A program made the position numbers and the translations under genes. The notes beneath the pieces were generated by a model. It saw only the letters and a list, made by a program, of their open reading frames with translations, did not search any database and was not told where the DNA came from. From assembly GCA_039810005.1 (NCBI GenBank), contig JBDHWD010000006.1:707-64706 (forward strand): DNA of 64,000 nucleotides. Reading direction: 5' to 3'. This stretch comes from Thermomicrobiales bacterium (lineage in GTDB: Bacteria > Chloroflexota > Chloroflexia > Thermomicrobiales > CFX8). Position 1 is the stretch's first letter. Every line of letters starts with the position of its first letter. Below are positions 54,288-64,000 of the stretch, piece by piece.

Positions 54288-55749
54288 GTGTCGCCTGCGC
54301 GAGCGCTTCGGCAAGCTCGTCGTCCGGGTCGCTGATCCAGGCGCGGGCCAGTGTTTCGGCTGTGTCGCGATCGCCGATCGCCAGCTCGCCGTCGATCACC
54401 AGCTCGCGCAGGCGCTCTTTCACATGCTTGATCCAGATGCCCGGCGGCAGGTCGAACATCGCCATCAGCTCGTCGCCGTCCAGTGGCGATTGCAGTTGGG
54501 CGAGTGATGCTTCGGCTTCGAGCCGCGCCGCGTGCTCGCGCAACCCGGCGACTCGCCGGGATGCGGCGGCCTGCCGGTCGGCGCGGGCGCTGGTGACATC
54601 GGCAGCAGCCAGGTCGAGCAGATCCTCGAACGCGTCGCCGGCCTCCAGGGCCAGACGACGGACAGCCGCGTCGGTCCAGCCCGGATCGTAGCCCGCGCCG
54701 CGCAAGTGCATGGCGACGAGGAGCGCAACGCGCTGCTCCAGCCAGCGCTCCTGCTTCAGCCGCCGCAGCGCACGCCGCGCCAGGTCTGCGCCGGCGATCT
54801 CGTGGCCGAAGAAGTGGACCTCGCCACTCGGATCGACTGATCGGGTCATCGGCTTGGCGGCATCATGCAGCAGCGCTGCCCAGCGAACGGCCAGCCGCGG
54901 TGGCGTCTGGGCAACGACGCGGACGGTATGATCCCAGATGTCCTTGTGGCGCGCGCCGATCGAATCGCGGTCGTCCTCGGCCATCGGCTGGGCCTCCGGC
55001 AGCACCCAGCGAATGAGGTCGGCCTCGTGGAGCGCCCAGAGACCATCGGCGACGTGGTCGCTGGTCAGCAGGCGGTTCAATTCGGTCGCGATCCGTTCGC
55101 GGCTGATGCGCTCGAGCGATTGGCCTTGTGCCCGCATGGCGTCGAGTGTGTCGGGCGCGATGGTGAAGCCAAGCTGAGCAGCGAAGCGGGCCGCGCGCAG
55201 GATCCGCAGCGGGTCCTCGCGAAAGCGCTCGGCAGCATCGCCGACAGCGACGATCTCCCGGTGGCCCAGATCGGCGATCCCGCCGAACGGATCGATCAAC
55301 GCGCCATCGCGCGGGTCGAGCGCCATCGCGTTAATCGTGAAGTCGCGCCGCGAGAGATCGTCGCGCAGCGTCACGTCGTGCGAGACAGCCGGTCGGCGGT
55401 CGGGCGTCGGGTAGGTTTCGCTGCGATAGGTCGTGACCTCAACAACGATGTCCGGTAGCCCGTCCTGCTGAAAGACGAAGCCGATCGTCCCGAACTGCTC
55501 ACCGACGTTGAACGTTGCGCTCGGCTTCGCAGCCGCACCGGCCTGCTTGGTCTGGTCCGGCGTTGCCGAGGTTGTGAAATCCAGGTCCGCCTGCCCTCGC
55601 CCGAGCAGCAGATCGCGAACGATCCCGCCGACGAGATAGAGCTCGTGGCCGGCTTTGTCGAATGCGTCGGTCAGGCGCAGCACGATGTCGTGCTCACGGG
55701 CCGGCAGCCGCTCAATCAGTTCAGGCAATCGCACGCGGGCATCACTCAC
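54274..55749 (-). CDS. Class II tRNA nucleotidyltransferase (CCA-adding enzyme type) with HD domain
   Basis: LYLVGGIVRDLLLGR..DLDFTT PolyA_pol head and RDFTINAM, with a C-terminal HD-domain region (HD..K). CCA-adding versus poly(A) polymerase activity cannot be separated by eye. Confidence 0.65.
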   Translation of the reverse strand: MSDARVRLPELIERLPAREHDIVLRLTDAFDKAGHELYLVGGIVRDLLLGRGQADLDFTTSATPDQTKQAGAAAKPSATFNVGEQFGTIGFVFQQDGLPDIVVEVTTYRSETYPTPDRRPAVSHDVTLRDDLSRRDFTINAMALDPRDGALIDPFGGIADLGHREIVAVGDAAERFREDPLRILRAARFAAQLGFTIAPDTLDAMRAQGQSLERISRERIATELNRLLTSDHVADGLWALHEADLIRWVLPEAQPMAEDDRDSIGARHKDIWDHTVRVVAQTPPRLAVRWAALLHDAAKPMTRSVDPSGEVHFFGHEIAGADLARRALRRLKQERWLEQRVALLVAMHLRGAGYDPGWTDAAVRRLALEAGDAFEDLLDLAAADVTSARADRQAAASRRVAGLREHAARLEAEASLAQLQSPLDGDELMAMFDLPPGIWIKHVKERLRELVIDGELAIGDRDTAETLARAWISDPDDELAEALAQATRGRR

Positions 55750-55818
55750 TCAGGCCACGCTCCTCTCCGCGCCCAAGTCTAAAGGACACAGCGGGAGGGC
55801 GGGATGCGAATCGCACCG

Positions 55819-56292
55819 TCAGTGGATCGTCAGCGGCGGACCGATCAGTGCGAGGTCATAGCGCTGCCAGAACGTTGGCTCCTGCGGACCCATCGCGCCG
55901 GCCTGGCCCAGCGCCAGAAAGAAGTCCTCAATCTCTCCCGCCGGCGTGATGACGAAGATGATCCGGCCCGGCTCGCCACCCAGATAGGCCCAGGTGTGCG
56001 GGATTCCGCGCGGCCCGAAGAGGCTGTCGCCCGGTCCCAGGTCGAACTGCTGGTCACCGGCCTCGATGCGGTAGCGACCGGCAATAACCGAGAACCACTC
56101 GTCCTGATGCGGATGAACATGGCGTGGCGGGCCGCCCGGCGCGTGGTGAGCGATCTCGGCAATGACGATCGCCCCCTGGCTCTCGGCGGCCGTGACCTTG
56201 ATCTCGAGCGTGCCGATCCCCAGGTTGTGGATCTGGCCTCGACGATCGCTCCCATGCGGAAGAAAGAATGGCTGAATCGGGGTTGCTGCCAT
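55819..56292 (-). CDS. Cupin domain protein
   Basis: 157 aa. Cupin motifs PRHVHPHQDEWFSVIAG and PRGIPHTW. Confidence 0.7.
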   Translation of the reverse strand: MAATPIQPFFLPHGSDRRGQIHNLGIGTLEIKVTAAESQGAIVIAEIAHHAPGGPPRHVHPHQDEWFSVIAGRYRIEAGDQQFDLGPGDSLFGPRGIPHTWAYLGGEPGRIIFVITPAGEIEDFFLALGQAGAMGPQEPTFWQRYDLALIGPPLTIH

Positions 56293-56592
56293 GCTCTGCC
56301 TCCATCACCCGATTGCGCAGTGCCGTGTTCCGTCGATGCTACTGTAGCGCTGTCCCGCAAGTGGCTCTATGCGCCACTCAGGCTACATCTACGAAGCCGA
56401 GAGGCGACTTCGGGTTGGTGGTGTTCTCGAAGGTGTATCCGGGAAACTGGGGCGGGCGTGGAGGTTGGCCGGTTATGGATGGGCGGTGCGCAGCTATAGA
56501 TTGACGCGAGGGTGCTTAGCCAGCGCGTCAGGCACGATACCGCTTTGCGTGGCGCACGACTAGCGGTCCGATTCTGGTGAGAGGCTGACGCT

Positions 56593-57453
56593 TCAGGTCG
56601 TCTGGCTGGCCGGCGTCGTGATATTCGCCTGTTGCGTCTCGGTCCAGCGGCCCATCGCGCGGTACTTCGCGTAGCGTGCCTGGAGCAACGCGTCCGGTCC
56701 GTCGGCGGTGAGCTCGATGAGCGTATCGAGATGGCGCTCGATCGCATCGCCAACGGCGACGATCGTCGCTGCCGGGTCTTCGTGAGCCGGCGTCGGCTCC
56801 GGGATGATGTCATCGACCAGACCGAAGGAGAGCAGGTCTGGCGCTGTCACCCGCATCGCCGCTGCGGCCTCGGGAGCGCGCGCGGCGTCCTTCCAGAGGA
56901 TCGCGGCGGCAGCCTCGGGGGACGCGACGGAGTAGACCGAGTTCTCCAGCATCAGTACCCGATCGGCGACGCCGATCGCCAGCGCTCCGCCGCTGCCGCC
57001 CTCGCCGATAACGACCGAGACGATCGGCGTCTCAAGCGTCGCCATCGCGTAGATGTTGTCGGCGATTGCGAACGCCTGTCCACCCTCTTCAGAGGTCAAG
57101 CCGGGATCAGCGCCGGGGGTATCGACGAAGGTGATGATCGGAAAGCGGAACTTCTCGGCGTGGCGCATCAACCTGAGCGCCTTGCGGTAGCCGGTTGGCT
57201 TCGGCATGCCGAAATTGCGGGCGATGTTTTCCTTTGTGTTCTCGCCCTTCTGGTGGCCGAGGATCATGACGCTGCGACCACGGAAGTGAGCGAGCCCGCC
57301 AACGAGCGCCTGATCGTCGCCGGCCGCGCGGTCGCCGTGCAGCTCAACGAAATCGGAGCAGAGCTGGTTGACATAGTGCAGCGTGTGCGGTCGCGCCGCG
57401 TTGCGCGCGATCTGGACGCGATCCCACGGCGAGCGCTCGTTCGACTCAGGCAT
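56593..57453 (-). CDS. accA: Acetyl-CoA carboxylase carboxyltransferase subunit alpha
   Basis: RPHTLHYV, FVDTPGA and IGEGGSGGALA motifs. Overlaps the accD stop by 8 nt. Confidence 0.9.
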   Translation of the reverse strand: MPESNERSPWDRVQIARNAARPHTLHYVNQLCSDFVELHGDRAAGDDQALVGGLAHFRGRSVMILGHQKGENTKENIARNFGMPKPTGYRKALRLMRHAEKFRFPIITFVDTPGADPGLTSEEGGQAFAIADNIYAMATLETPIVSVVIGEGGSGGALAIGVADRVLMLENSVYSVASPEAAAAILWKDAARAPEAAAAMRVTAPDLLSFGLVDDIIPEPTPAHEDPAATIVAVGDAIERHLDTLIELTADGPDALLQARYAKYRAMGRWTETQQANITTPASQTT

Positions 57454-58354
57454 CTGCGACTCCAGCGACGAGACGCTCGGGCGGGACGAGGCAGCCGGCG
57501 GCCTGCTGATAGATGTTCATCAGCAGGCTGATCGATGCCTTGAGTGCCGACCGCGGGACGACCTGGTCGATCATGCCGTGCTCCAGAAGGAACTCGGCGG
57601 TCTGAAATCCCTCCGGCAGCTTCTGGCGGATCGTCTGCTCGATCACCCGTGGCCCGGCGAATCCGACGAGCGCGCCCGGCTCGGCGATGATGACATCGGC
57701 GACGGTTGCATAGGACGCGGTCACGCCGCCATAGCACGGGTCGGTCAGAATCGCGATGTGCGGCAGCCGCTGCTCGGAGAGCTTGGTAAGCGCCGCAGTT
57801 GTCTTGGCCATCTGCATCAGCGAGAACAGCCCCTCCTGCATACGAGCGCCGCCCGATGCCGAGACAGTGATGAGCGGATAGCAGCCGGCGGCAGCCCGCT
57901 CGGATGCGCGGGACAGCTTCTCGCCATAGACTGAGCCCATGCTGGCACCCATGAACGAGAAATCGGTCACGACCAGGGCGGCCGGCCGACCGCCAATGGT
58001 GATTTCGCCCGAGATCACGGCTTCCGTGACGCCGGACTTGGCCGTTGTCTTGTGCGCCTTCTCGGCGTACGTCTCGCCGTCGACGCTAAAGCCGAGCGGA
58101 TCATTCGGCACCAGCTCAACGTCCCACTCAGTGAAGCTCTCGGGATCAGCGAGGAGGGCAATGCGCTCGCGCGCGTCGAGGCGGAAGTGGTAGCCGCAGC
58201 GCTGGCAGACGCGGTGACCGTGGAGGTGCTCCTTGTTGTACGCCAGCTCGCCGCACTTGGGGCACTTGACCCAGAGGTCGTTCGGCACCTGCGAACGGAC
58301 GTCCTCTTCGTCGGAAGTTGTAAATCGTGGCTGGCGTCGAAAGAGTTCTCTCAT
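57446..58354 (-). CDS. accD: Acetyl-CoA carboxylase carboxyltransferase subunit beta
   Basis: N-terminal zinc ribbon CPKCGE...CQRCGY and SGGARMQEG motif. Start ATG 58354 (MRELFRRQ). Confidence 0.9.
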   Translation of the reverse strand: MRELFRRQPRFTTSDEEDVRSQVPNDLWVKCPKCGELAYNKEHLHGHRVCQRCGYHFRLDARERIALLADPESFTEWDVELVPNDPLGFSVDGETYAEKAHKTTAKSGVTEAVISGEITIGGRPAALVVTDFSFMGASMGSVYGEKLSRASERAAAGCYPLITVSASGGARMQEGLFSLMQMAKTTAALTKLSEQRLPHIAILTDPCYGGVTASYATVADVIIAEPGALVGFAGPRVIEQTIRQKLPEGFQTAEFLLEHGMIDQVVPRSALKASISLLMNIYQQAAGCLVPPERLVAGVADA

Positions 58355-58535
58355 TGTGGTCCCGGGATATCCTTGCCGGAGCACGGTGGCACGCAAATCG
58401 CCTCCCGTTGTCCGGGTGTCGGCGGGCGGCAGTATAGCATAGCATCGGATTGATCCCCGTCCGAGTATCGCGGCACGGCCAACAATCGTCTATCCTCGTA
58501 CCAGGTGGTGCGGCTGGGGCGAAGGGAGAGCAGAG

Positions 58536-59828
58536 ATGGCGGCGCTCGAACGGGAAAAGACCGTTGCGATGATCCTCGCCGGTGGTCAGGGAGAGCGTCT
58601 GAGCGTGCTTTCGCGCCAGCGTGCCAAGCCGGCGGTGATGTTTGCCGGCAAGTACCGGATTATCGACTTCGCCCTGTCAAACTGCGTCAACTCCGGGATC
58701 TACGATGTCGCTGTCCTGACGCAGTATCGTCCGCACTCACTCAACGACCACATTGGACACGGGCGGCCATGGGATCTGGACCGCGCGACCGGCGGCGTCC
58801 ATGTCCTTCAGCCATATCTTGGGCGTGCGCGCTCGGACTGGTATCGCGGGACGGCGGACGCGATCTACCATAATCTGTTCTACGTGCAGGAAACCCGCGC
58901 GACCGATGTGCTGATCCTCTCCGGCGATCACGTCTACGCGATGGACTATCGCCCGATGCTTGCGCGCCACCGGGAGCTGAATGCCGACGTGACCGTCGCA
59001 GTCCAGCCGGTGCCGTGGGAGGACGCCAGCCGGTTCGGCGTCATGACGACCGATGACGAGGATCGCATCATCGACTTTGATGAGAAGCCGGCCCAGCCGC
59101 GCTCCAATCTCGCCTCGATGGGCGTCTATGTCTTTCGCGCCGAGGTGCTGCTGGATGTCTTCCGGCGGCCTGACAGTAACCTCTCAATGATCGACTTCGG
59201 CCACGAGGTCATTCCGTTCCTGATTGGTGATGGCAACGTCTTCGCCCACCGGTTTGCAGACTACTGGCGCGATGTCGGGACGCTGCAGTCCTACTGGGAA
59301 GCGAACATGGAGCAGCTGGAGGATGTGCCGGGCCTGAATCTGTATGATCCCGACTGGCGCATTCACACGCGCAGTGAGGAGCGGCCGCCAACCAAGATCA
59401 TGGATGGCTCGCATGTTTCGCGCGCGCTGCTTTCAAACGGCTGCATCGTGATTCGCGGCGAGGTGTATCACTCGGTGCTGTCTCCGGGGGTGATCGTCCA
59501 TGAAGGAGCGATTGTCCGCGATTCGATCATCATGACCGACACCGTTATTGGACCCGGAGCAGTCATTGACCGCTGCATCATTGACAAGGCCGTGACCATC
59601 GGCGCTGGAGCGCAACTTGGCGTTGGCGATGACTACGCGCCAAACTGGCTGGAGCCGTCGCGCCTGAACACCGGGCTGACGATCGTTGGTCGGGGTGCCA
59701 GCGTCCCGGCGAAGGTGACAGCCGGCCGCAACGTGCTTGTCGCGCCGGATGTCGATGAGACCGCATTCGAGTCGCTTGAGATCGTCAGCGGAGAGACGAT
59801 CGACCCGAATGTGCCAATCTGGTCGTGA
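58536..59828 (+). CDS. glgC: Glucose-1-phosphate adenylyltransferase
   Basis: ILAGGQGERLSVLSRQRAKPAV, YRIIDFALSNCVNSG and WYRGTADA, with a C-terminal LbH domain. 430 aa. Confidence 0.9.
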   Translation: MAALEREKTVAMILAGGQGERLSVLSRQRAKPAVMFAGKYRIIDFALSNCVNSGIYDVAVLTQYRPHSLNDHIGHGRPWDLDRATGGVHVLQPYLGRARSDWYRGTADAIYHNLFYVQETRATDVLILSGDHVYAMDYRPMLARHRELNADVTVAVQPVPWEDASRFGVMTTDDEDRIIDFDEKPAQPRSNLASMGVYVFRAEVLLDVFRRPDSNLSMIDFGHEVIPFLIGDGNVFAHRFADYWRDVGTLQSYWEANMEQLEDVPGLNLYDPDWRIHTRSEERPPTKIMDGSHVSRALLSNGCIVIRGEVYHSVLSPGVIVHEGAIVRDSIIMTDTVIGPGAVIDRCIIDKAVTIGAGAQLGVGDDYAPNWLEPSRLNTGLTIVGRGASVPAKVTAGRNVLVAPDVDETAFESLEIVSGETIDPNVPIWS

Positions 59829-60029
59829 GTAGCCGTCGGCGGGGTGTCCATCGCCGGCGTTATGGCTTGAGACAACGGGGCCAGCGTGGCACAGTTGTCG
59901 ATGTGCTGCGCTGCCACATGATCCGGTGCGCCATTCCATGACGCGTGCGACCTGACATGAACAACGGACACGTGCTGATATTGCGCAAGTAGCACTCTCG
60001 GTGCGCCAGTCCGCAGCGTACGTACCAAC

Positions 60030-61166
60030 ATGATGGGGGAGTTGTTGGTGGCCGAATCCGCTTTTCTATCTGACTCGCAGCTGGAACAGCGTCACATCGT
60101 TGATCTGGAGCGCATCCTGATGACGGTGCCGGAGTCGGACCGTGCTCGCTTTGCGCGGCTCTACGAGGTGCTGGCGTCGGTGGGGCGGCTGGTGCCGCCA
60201 GAACACATGCTGCGCTGGATCGATCGATATTTTGGCAGCGCCAAGGCTGTCTCCGAGCAGAAGATCATGCGCGTCACCAACCGCTGGACGCTCGAAGGCT
60301 CGCTGTTTAACGAGCTGCGCGCCCGGCGTCCGCTGGAAGCACGCATCCCGGCTGACCTGGCCGACGAGATCGCGCGGACAGCGCCCGATCCGTTCTGTGA
60401 GCCGGAGCTGAATACGCCGGCCGATGTCTTTGGTCGGATCGAGGGCAAGTACTCGATCAGCGCCAGCAACATCGCCAAGTACGATGGCTATCACGGCGTC
60501 GTCATCTTCCGCGAGCACGATCCGCTTGCGTTCACCGAACCGTCGGTGCAAGACGCCTTCGACGTCGCGATGCGCTGGCAGGAGGCATGTCACAGTATTG
60601 ACGCCGAGGCCATCTATCCGCTGATCATGTGGAACTGCCTCTGGAAGAGTGGTGCATCGATCCCGCACGGCCACATGCAGGTCAGCCTGACCAAGGGCAT
60701 GCACTACGGTCACATTGAGCGCCAGCGACGCGCCGGTGTTGCCTACGCCGACGCGCACCACGCGAACTATTACGATGATCTCTATCGCGTCCACGAGTCG
60801 CTCGGCCTGGGCCGCACCTATAACGACGTCCGCGTGATGGCACATGTCACTCCGCTAAAGGAGAAGGAGTGCATGCTGTTTGGCAACGCGCTGGACGAGC
60901 AATTCACCCGCACGGTTTATCAGGTGCTGAACTGTCTCACCGACCACCTGAACGTGGTGTCGTTCAACCTCGTCATCTGGCGACCACCGCTGACTGAGAC
61001 GGACGAGGATTGGACCGACTTCCCGGTCATCGCGCGTATCGTCGATCGCGGCGACCCGCTGAACCGCACCGCCGATTTCGGCGCGATGGAGCTGTACGCG
61101 GCCAGCGTCGTGTCGAGCGACCCGTTCAAGGTTGCCGGCGCACTCTGGAACTGCCTCGATAACTAA
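60030..61166 (+). CDS. GalT-like (HIT superfamily branch III) nucleotidyltransferase/phosphorylase
   Basis: RARRP...DPFCEPE (GalT RxxRP...CPFC position) and IPHGHMQV (H-x-H-x-Q nucleotidyl-His motif). 378 aa. Confidence 0.5.
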   Translation: MMGELLVAESAFLSDSQLEQRHIVDLERILMTVPESDRARFARLYEVLASVGRLVPPEHMLRWIDRYFGSAKAVSEQKIMRVTNRWTLEGSLFNELRARRPLEARIPADLADEIARTAPDPFCEPELNTPADVFGRIEGKYSISASNIAKYDGYHGVVIFREHDPLAFTEPSVQDAFDVAMRWQEACHSIDAEAIYPLIMWNCLWKSGASIPHGHMQVSLTKGMHYGHIERQRRAGVAYADAHHANYYDDLYRVHESLGLGRTYNDVRVMAHVTPLKEKECMLFGNALDEQFTRTVYQVLNCLTDHLNVVSFNLVIWRPPLTETDEDWTDFPVIARIVDRGDPLNRTADFGAMELYAASVVSSDPFKVAGALWNCLDN

Positions 61167-61247
61167 ACCTCTGCCTCCCCGGATCTCCTGTGCGCCCCGT
61201 ATCATGGGCGCGGCCATTGGTGGTGAGACGAGGGGATGGTATCGGGA

Positions 61248-63350
61248 ATGGCGACAGGGGACCTGCGGGTCGGGGTTGATATTGGCGGGACGTTCACTGA
61301 CCTGCTGGTGTTCGATCCCGAGCATGGCCGCTTCCAGATTGGGAAGACGCTAACGACGCCGGACGATCCGAGTCAGGCGGTCACCGACGGGCTCGTCGCG
61401 ACGCTTGCTGAGGCCGGCATCACTCCGGCGGCGGTGCGCGGCATCGTTCACGGTACAACGCTCGTCACCAACGCGATTATCGAACGCAAGGGCGCGCGGA
61501 CGGCGCTGCTGACGACGCGCGGCTTTCGGGATGCGATTCAGATCGGTCGCGAGCATCGCTACGATCTCTACGATCTGTTCCTGGAGATGCCGCAGCCGCT
61601 GGTTCCGCGGCATCTGCGACTGGAGCTGGACGAACGCATTCTCGCTGATGGCACTGAGGTGACGCCCGTCTCGCCTGCGCAGGTGAGCGAGCTGGCCGAC
61701 CAGCTCGCCGCTGAAGGTGTCGAAGCAGTCGCGATTGCCCTCATCCACGCCTGGCGCGATCCCGAGCATGAGCGGCAGGTCGAAGCGCTTCTCGCGGAGT
61801 ACGCGCCCGATCTGATCGTCTCGACCTCATCAAGCGTCGTCCCGGAGATTCGCGAGTACGAGCGCGTATCGACAACGATCGCCAACGTCTACGTCCGCCC
61901 GATCGTCTCGCGCTATCTGAGCCGCCTGGAGGCATCGCTGACTGAGCTGGGCGTCGGAGGACGACTGCTGATCATGCTGGCGTCCGGTGGAACCTGCACG
62001 GTCGAGACGGCGCAGACATTCCCGATCCGCCTGATTGAGTCCGGGCCGGCGGCCGGAGCCCTGGCTGCGGCTGAGTACGGCCGCCTCTCGGGCACGCCGG
62101 ACGTGCTGTCGTTCGACATGGGCGGCACGACGGCGAAAGCCTGCCTGATCGACGACGGCCAGCCGCTGACGACGGCCGATTTCGAGGTCGGGCGCGTCTA
62201 TCGCTTCAAGAAGGGCTCCGGTCTGCCGATCAAGGTGCCGGTCATCGAGATGATCGAGATCGGCGCTGGCGGCGGATCGATTGCCCGCATCGATGCACTG
62301 GGTCTGCTGAAGGTCGGGCCGGACTCGGCTGGTTCGGATCCCGGGCCGGCCTGCTACGGGCGCGGAGGCGCTGCGCCAACGGTCACCGATGCTGACCTCG
62401 TTCTCGGCTACCTCGATCCTGAGTATTTCCTCGGTGGGCGGATGGCGCTTGATGTCGCAGCCGCCGAGGTGGCGATAGCTCGCGACGTTGCCGAACCGCT
62501 GGGAATCGACGTGCTGCAGGCGGCCTGGGGCATCCATCAGGTTGTCAACGAGAACATGGCCAACGCCGCCCGGATTCACGCCATCGAGCGCGGCAAGGAT
62601 CCGCGCGCCTATCCGGTGTTCGCGTTTGGCGGAGCCGGGCCGGTGCACGCCTGGCGCGTCAGCCGCATCTTGCAATCCCCGCGTCTGATCGTGCCGCTCG
62701 GCGCCGGCGTGATGTCGACCGTTGGCTTCCTGGCCGCGCCACTGGCGTTTGACTTCGTGCGCTCGTACTACGGACGCCTCGACGCGCTCGACTGGGCGCA
62801 CGTCAACGCGCTGCTGGAGGAGATGGAAGCCGAAGGTCGCCAGATCCTCGGCAGCGCCGGCGTCGCGGAGTCGGCCATCACCGTGACGCGGACAGCCGAA
62901 CTGCGCTATGCCGGACAGGGACATGAGGTGTCGGTGCCTCTGCGGGACGGATCGCTTGGCGATGCGGACGTCGCTGATCTGCAGCGTGCATTCGAAGCGG
63001 TCTATCGGTCGCTCTTCGAGCGCATCCCGCAGGGGAATCCGGTCGAGGCGCTCTCGTGGCGGGTCGGGGTAGCTGGGCCGCGCCCCGATCTGCCGCTGCA
63101 TCAGCTCGCCGGCGCGATTGATAGCGCCGCAACGGCGGAAGATGCGATCAAGCGCGAGCGTCCTATCTACCTGCCGGAAGCCGGGGAGCGCGTCTCCGTG
63201 CCGGTCTATGACCGCTACCGGCTCGGGCAGGGCGCGACGTTTAGCGGGCCGGCGGTCGTTGAGGAACGCGAATCGACCTTCATCGTCGGGCAGGATGCGC
63301 GTGTGACAGTTGATGAGCTGATGAGCCTGGTCGTGGAGGCAGCTGAATGA
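61248..63350 (+). CDS. Hydantoinase A / 5-oxoprolinase family protein (ATP-dependent, A subunit)
   Basis: LRVGVDIGGTFTDL, HGTTLVTNA and SFDMGGTTAK motifs. About 700 aa. Confidence 0.85.
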   Translation: MATGDLRVGVDIGGTFTDLLVFDPEHGRFQIGKTLTTPDDPSQAVTDGLVATLAEAGITPAAVRGIVHGTTLVTNAIIERKGARTALLTTRGFRDAIQIGREHRYDLYDLFLEMPQPLVPRHLRLELDERILADGTEVTPVSPAQVSELADQLAAEGVEAVAIALIHAWRDPEHERQVEALLAEYAPDLIVSTSSSVVPEIREYERVSTTIANVYVRPIVSRYLSRLEASLTELGVGGRLLIMLASGGTCTVETAQTFPIRLIESGPAAGALAAAEYGRLSGTPDVLSFDMGGTTAKACLIDDGQPLTTADFEVGRVYRFKKGSGLPIKVPVIEMIEIGAGGGSIARIDALGLLKVGPDSAGSDPGPACYGRGGAAPTVTDADLVLGYLDPEYFLGGRMALDVAAAEVAIARDVAEPLGIDVLQAAWGIHQVVNENMANAARIHAIERGKDPRAYPVFAFGGAGPVHAWRVSRILQSPRLIVPLGAGVMSTVGFLAAPLAFDFVRSYYGRLDALDWAHVNALLEEMEAEGRQILGSAGVAESAITVTRTAELRYAGQGHEVSVPLRDGSLGDADVADLQRAFEAVYRSLFERIPQGNPVEALSWRVGVAGPRPDLPLHQLAGAIDSAATAEDAIKRERPIYLPEAGERVSVPVYDRYRLGQGATFSGPAVVEERESTFIVGQDARVTVDELMSLVVEAAE

Positions 63351-64000
63351 TTGATGCCATAACGCTCGAAGTCATGTGGAACCGACTGATTGCCGTCGTC
63401 AACGAGCAGGCTGCCGCGCTGATGCGCACATCGTTCACGACGATCGTGCGCGAGTCGGGCGATCTTTCGGCAGGGGTGTTCGATCGGCGCGGCAACATGA
63501 TCGCGCAGGCCGTCACCGGCACGCCGGGGCACATCAATGCTATGGCGACCTGTATCCACCACTTCCTCGCCGTCTATCCAGCCGAAACGCTCGCACCGGG
63601 CGATGTGCTCATCACGAACGATCCGCAGAAGACATCGGGGCATTTACACGACTTCACCGTCATCACGCCGATCTTCCGCTCCGCCACCCAGCCGACGCTC
63701 GTCGGATTCTTCGGCAACACCTGCCACGTGCTGGACATTGGTGGTCGCGGCCTGGGTACTGACGCGCGTTCAGTCTACGAGGAGGGGCTGTTCGTTCCGA
63801 TCACCAAGCTCTATGACCGCGGCGTCGAGAACAGCGAGCTGGTGAAACTCCTGGCGGCGAACGTCCGCACGCCGGAGCCGGTGCTGGGCGACATCCACGC
63901 GCAGGTGGCAGGCAACGATGTCGGCGGTCGGCGACTGCTGGAATTCATGGATGAGTTCGCGCTGGATGCGTTGGAGCCGCTGGCCGATGCCATCATCGAG
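63347..64000 (+). CDS. Hydantoinase B / oxoprolinase family protein (partial, runs off the window)
   Basis: The ATG overlaps the upstream stop (ATGA at 63347-63350). The hand translation MIDAITLEVMWNRLIAVVNEQAAALMRTSFTTIVRESGDLSAGVFD...ITNDPQKTSGHLHDFTVITP matches the HyuB N-terminus. The frame is open to the window end. Confidence 0.8.
   Translation, partial: MIDAITLEVMWNRLIAVVNEQAAALMRTSFTTIVRESGDLSAGVFDRRGNMIAQAVTGTPGHINAMATCIHHFLAVYPAETLAPGDVLITNDPQKTSGHLHDFTVITPIFRSATQPTLVGFFGNTCHVLDIGGRGLGTDARSVYEEGLFVPITKLYDRGVENSELVKLLAANVRTPEPVLGDIHAQVAGNDVGGRRLLEFMDEFALDALEPLADAIIE

Overview
This is a high-GC bacterial chromosomal segment (hand counts on single 60-nt lines give about 60-63% G+C, dropping to about 40-55% between roughly 20.8 and 25.2 kb). 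It is gene-dense on both strands, with about 50 protein genes, one tRNA and one riboswitch. I found no rRNA, CRISPR array, transposase or obvious prophage. The content is mainly housekeeping and catabolic:
- leuS, acs, pheA, prfA-prmC, rpmB, accD-accA, glgC, hydantoinase A/B and a CCA-adding-type nucleotidyltransferase.
- Two dpp/opp-type peptide ABC uptake loci, both without ATPase genes.
- A D-aminoacylase, split proline catabolism (PRODH + P5CDH), and an S9 peptidase with a large Asp-box (BNR) protein.
- GntR, MocR and PucR regulators.

T-box regulation, a Ddn-like deazaflavin oxidoreductase and abundant GC-rich hairpin repeats suggest a Chloroflexota (Thermomicrobia-like) or actinobacterial source, but that is only a guess.

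The most unusual observations are:
1. The leuS leader is a complete canonical T-box (Leu, CUC specifier) with a full tRNA-Ala(GGC) gene sitting where Stem III normally is.
2. A divergent gene cluster at 25.9-33.0 kb is centred on a 985-aa membrane protein with the domain order TM, hexapeptide acyltransferase, ACP, FkbH-type HAD, GNAT. It is flanked by two methyltransferases, an SDR epimerase and an MqnA-fold protein.
3. The 548-bp prfA-prmC spacer is filled with nested near-perfect inverted repeats, and one repeat supplies the prmC Shine-Dalgarno.

All calls come from reading the sequence and ORF translations by eye and from remembered family motifs. No database search or program was run, and start codons are provisional.
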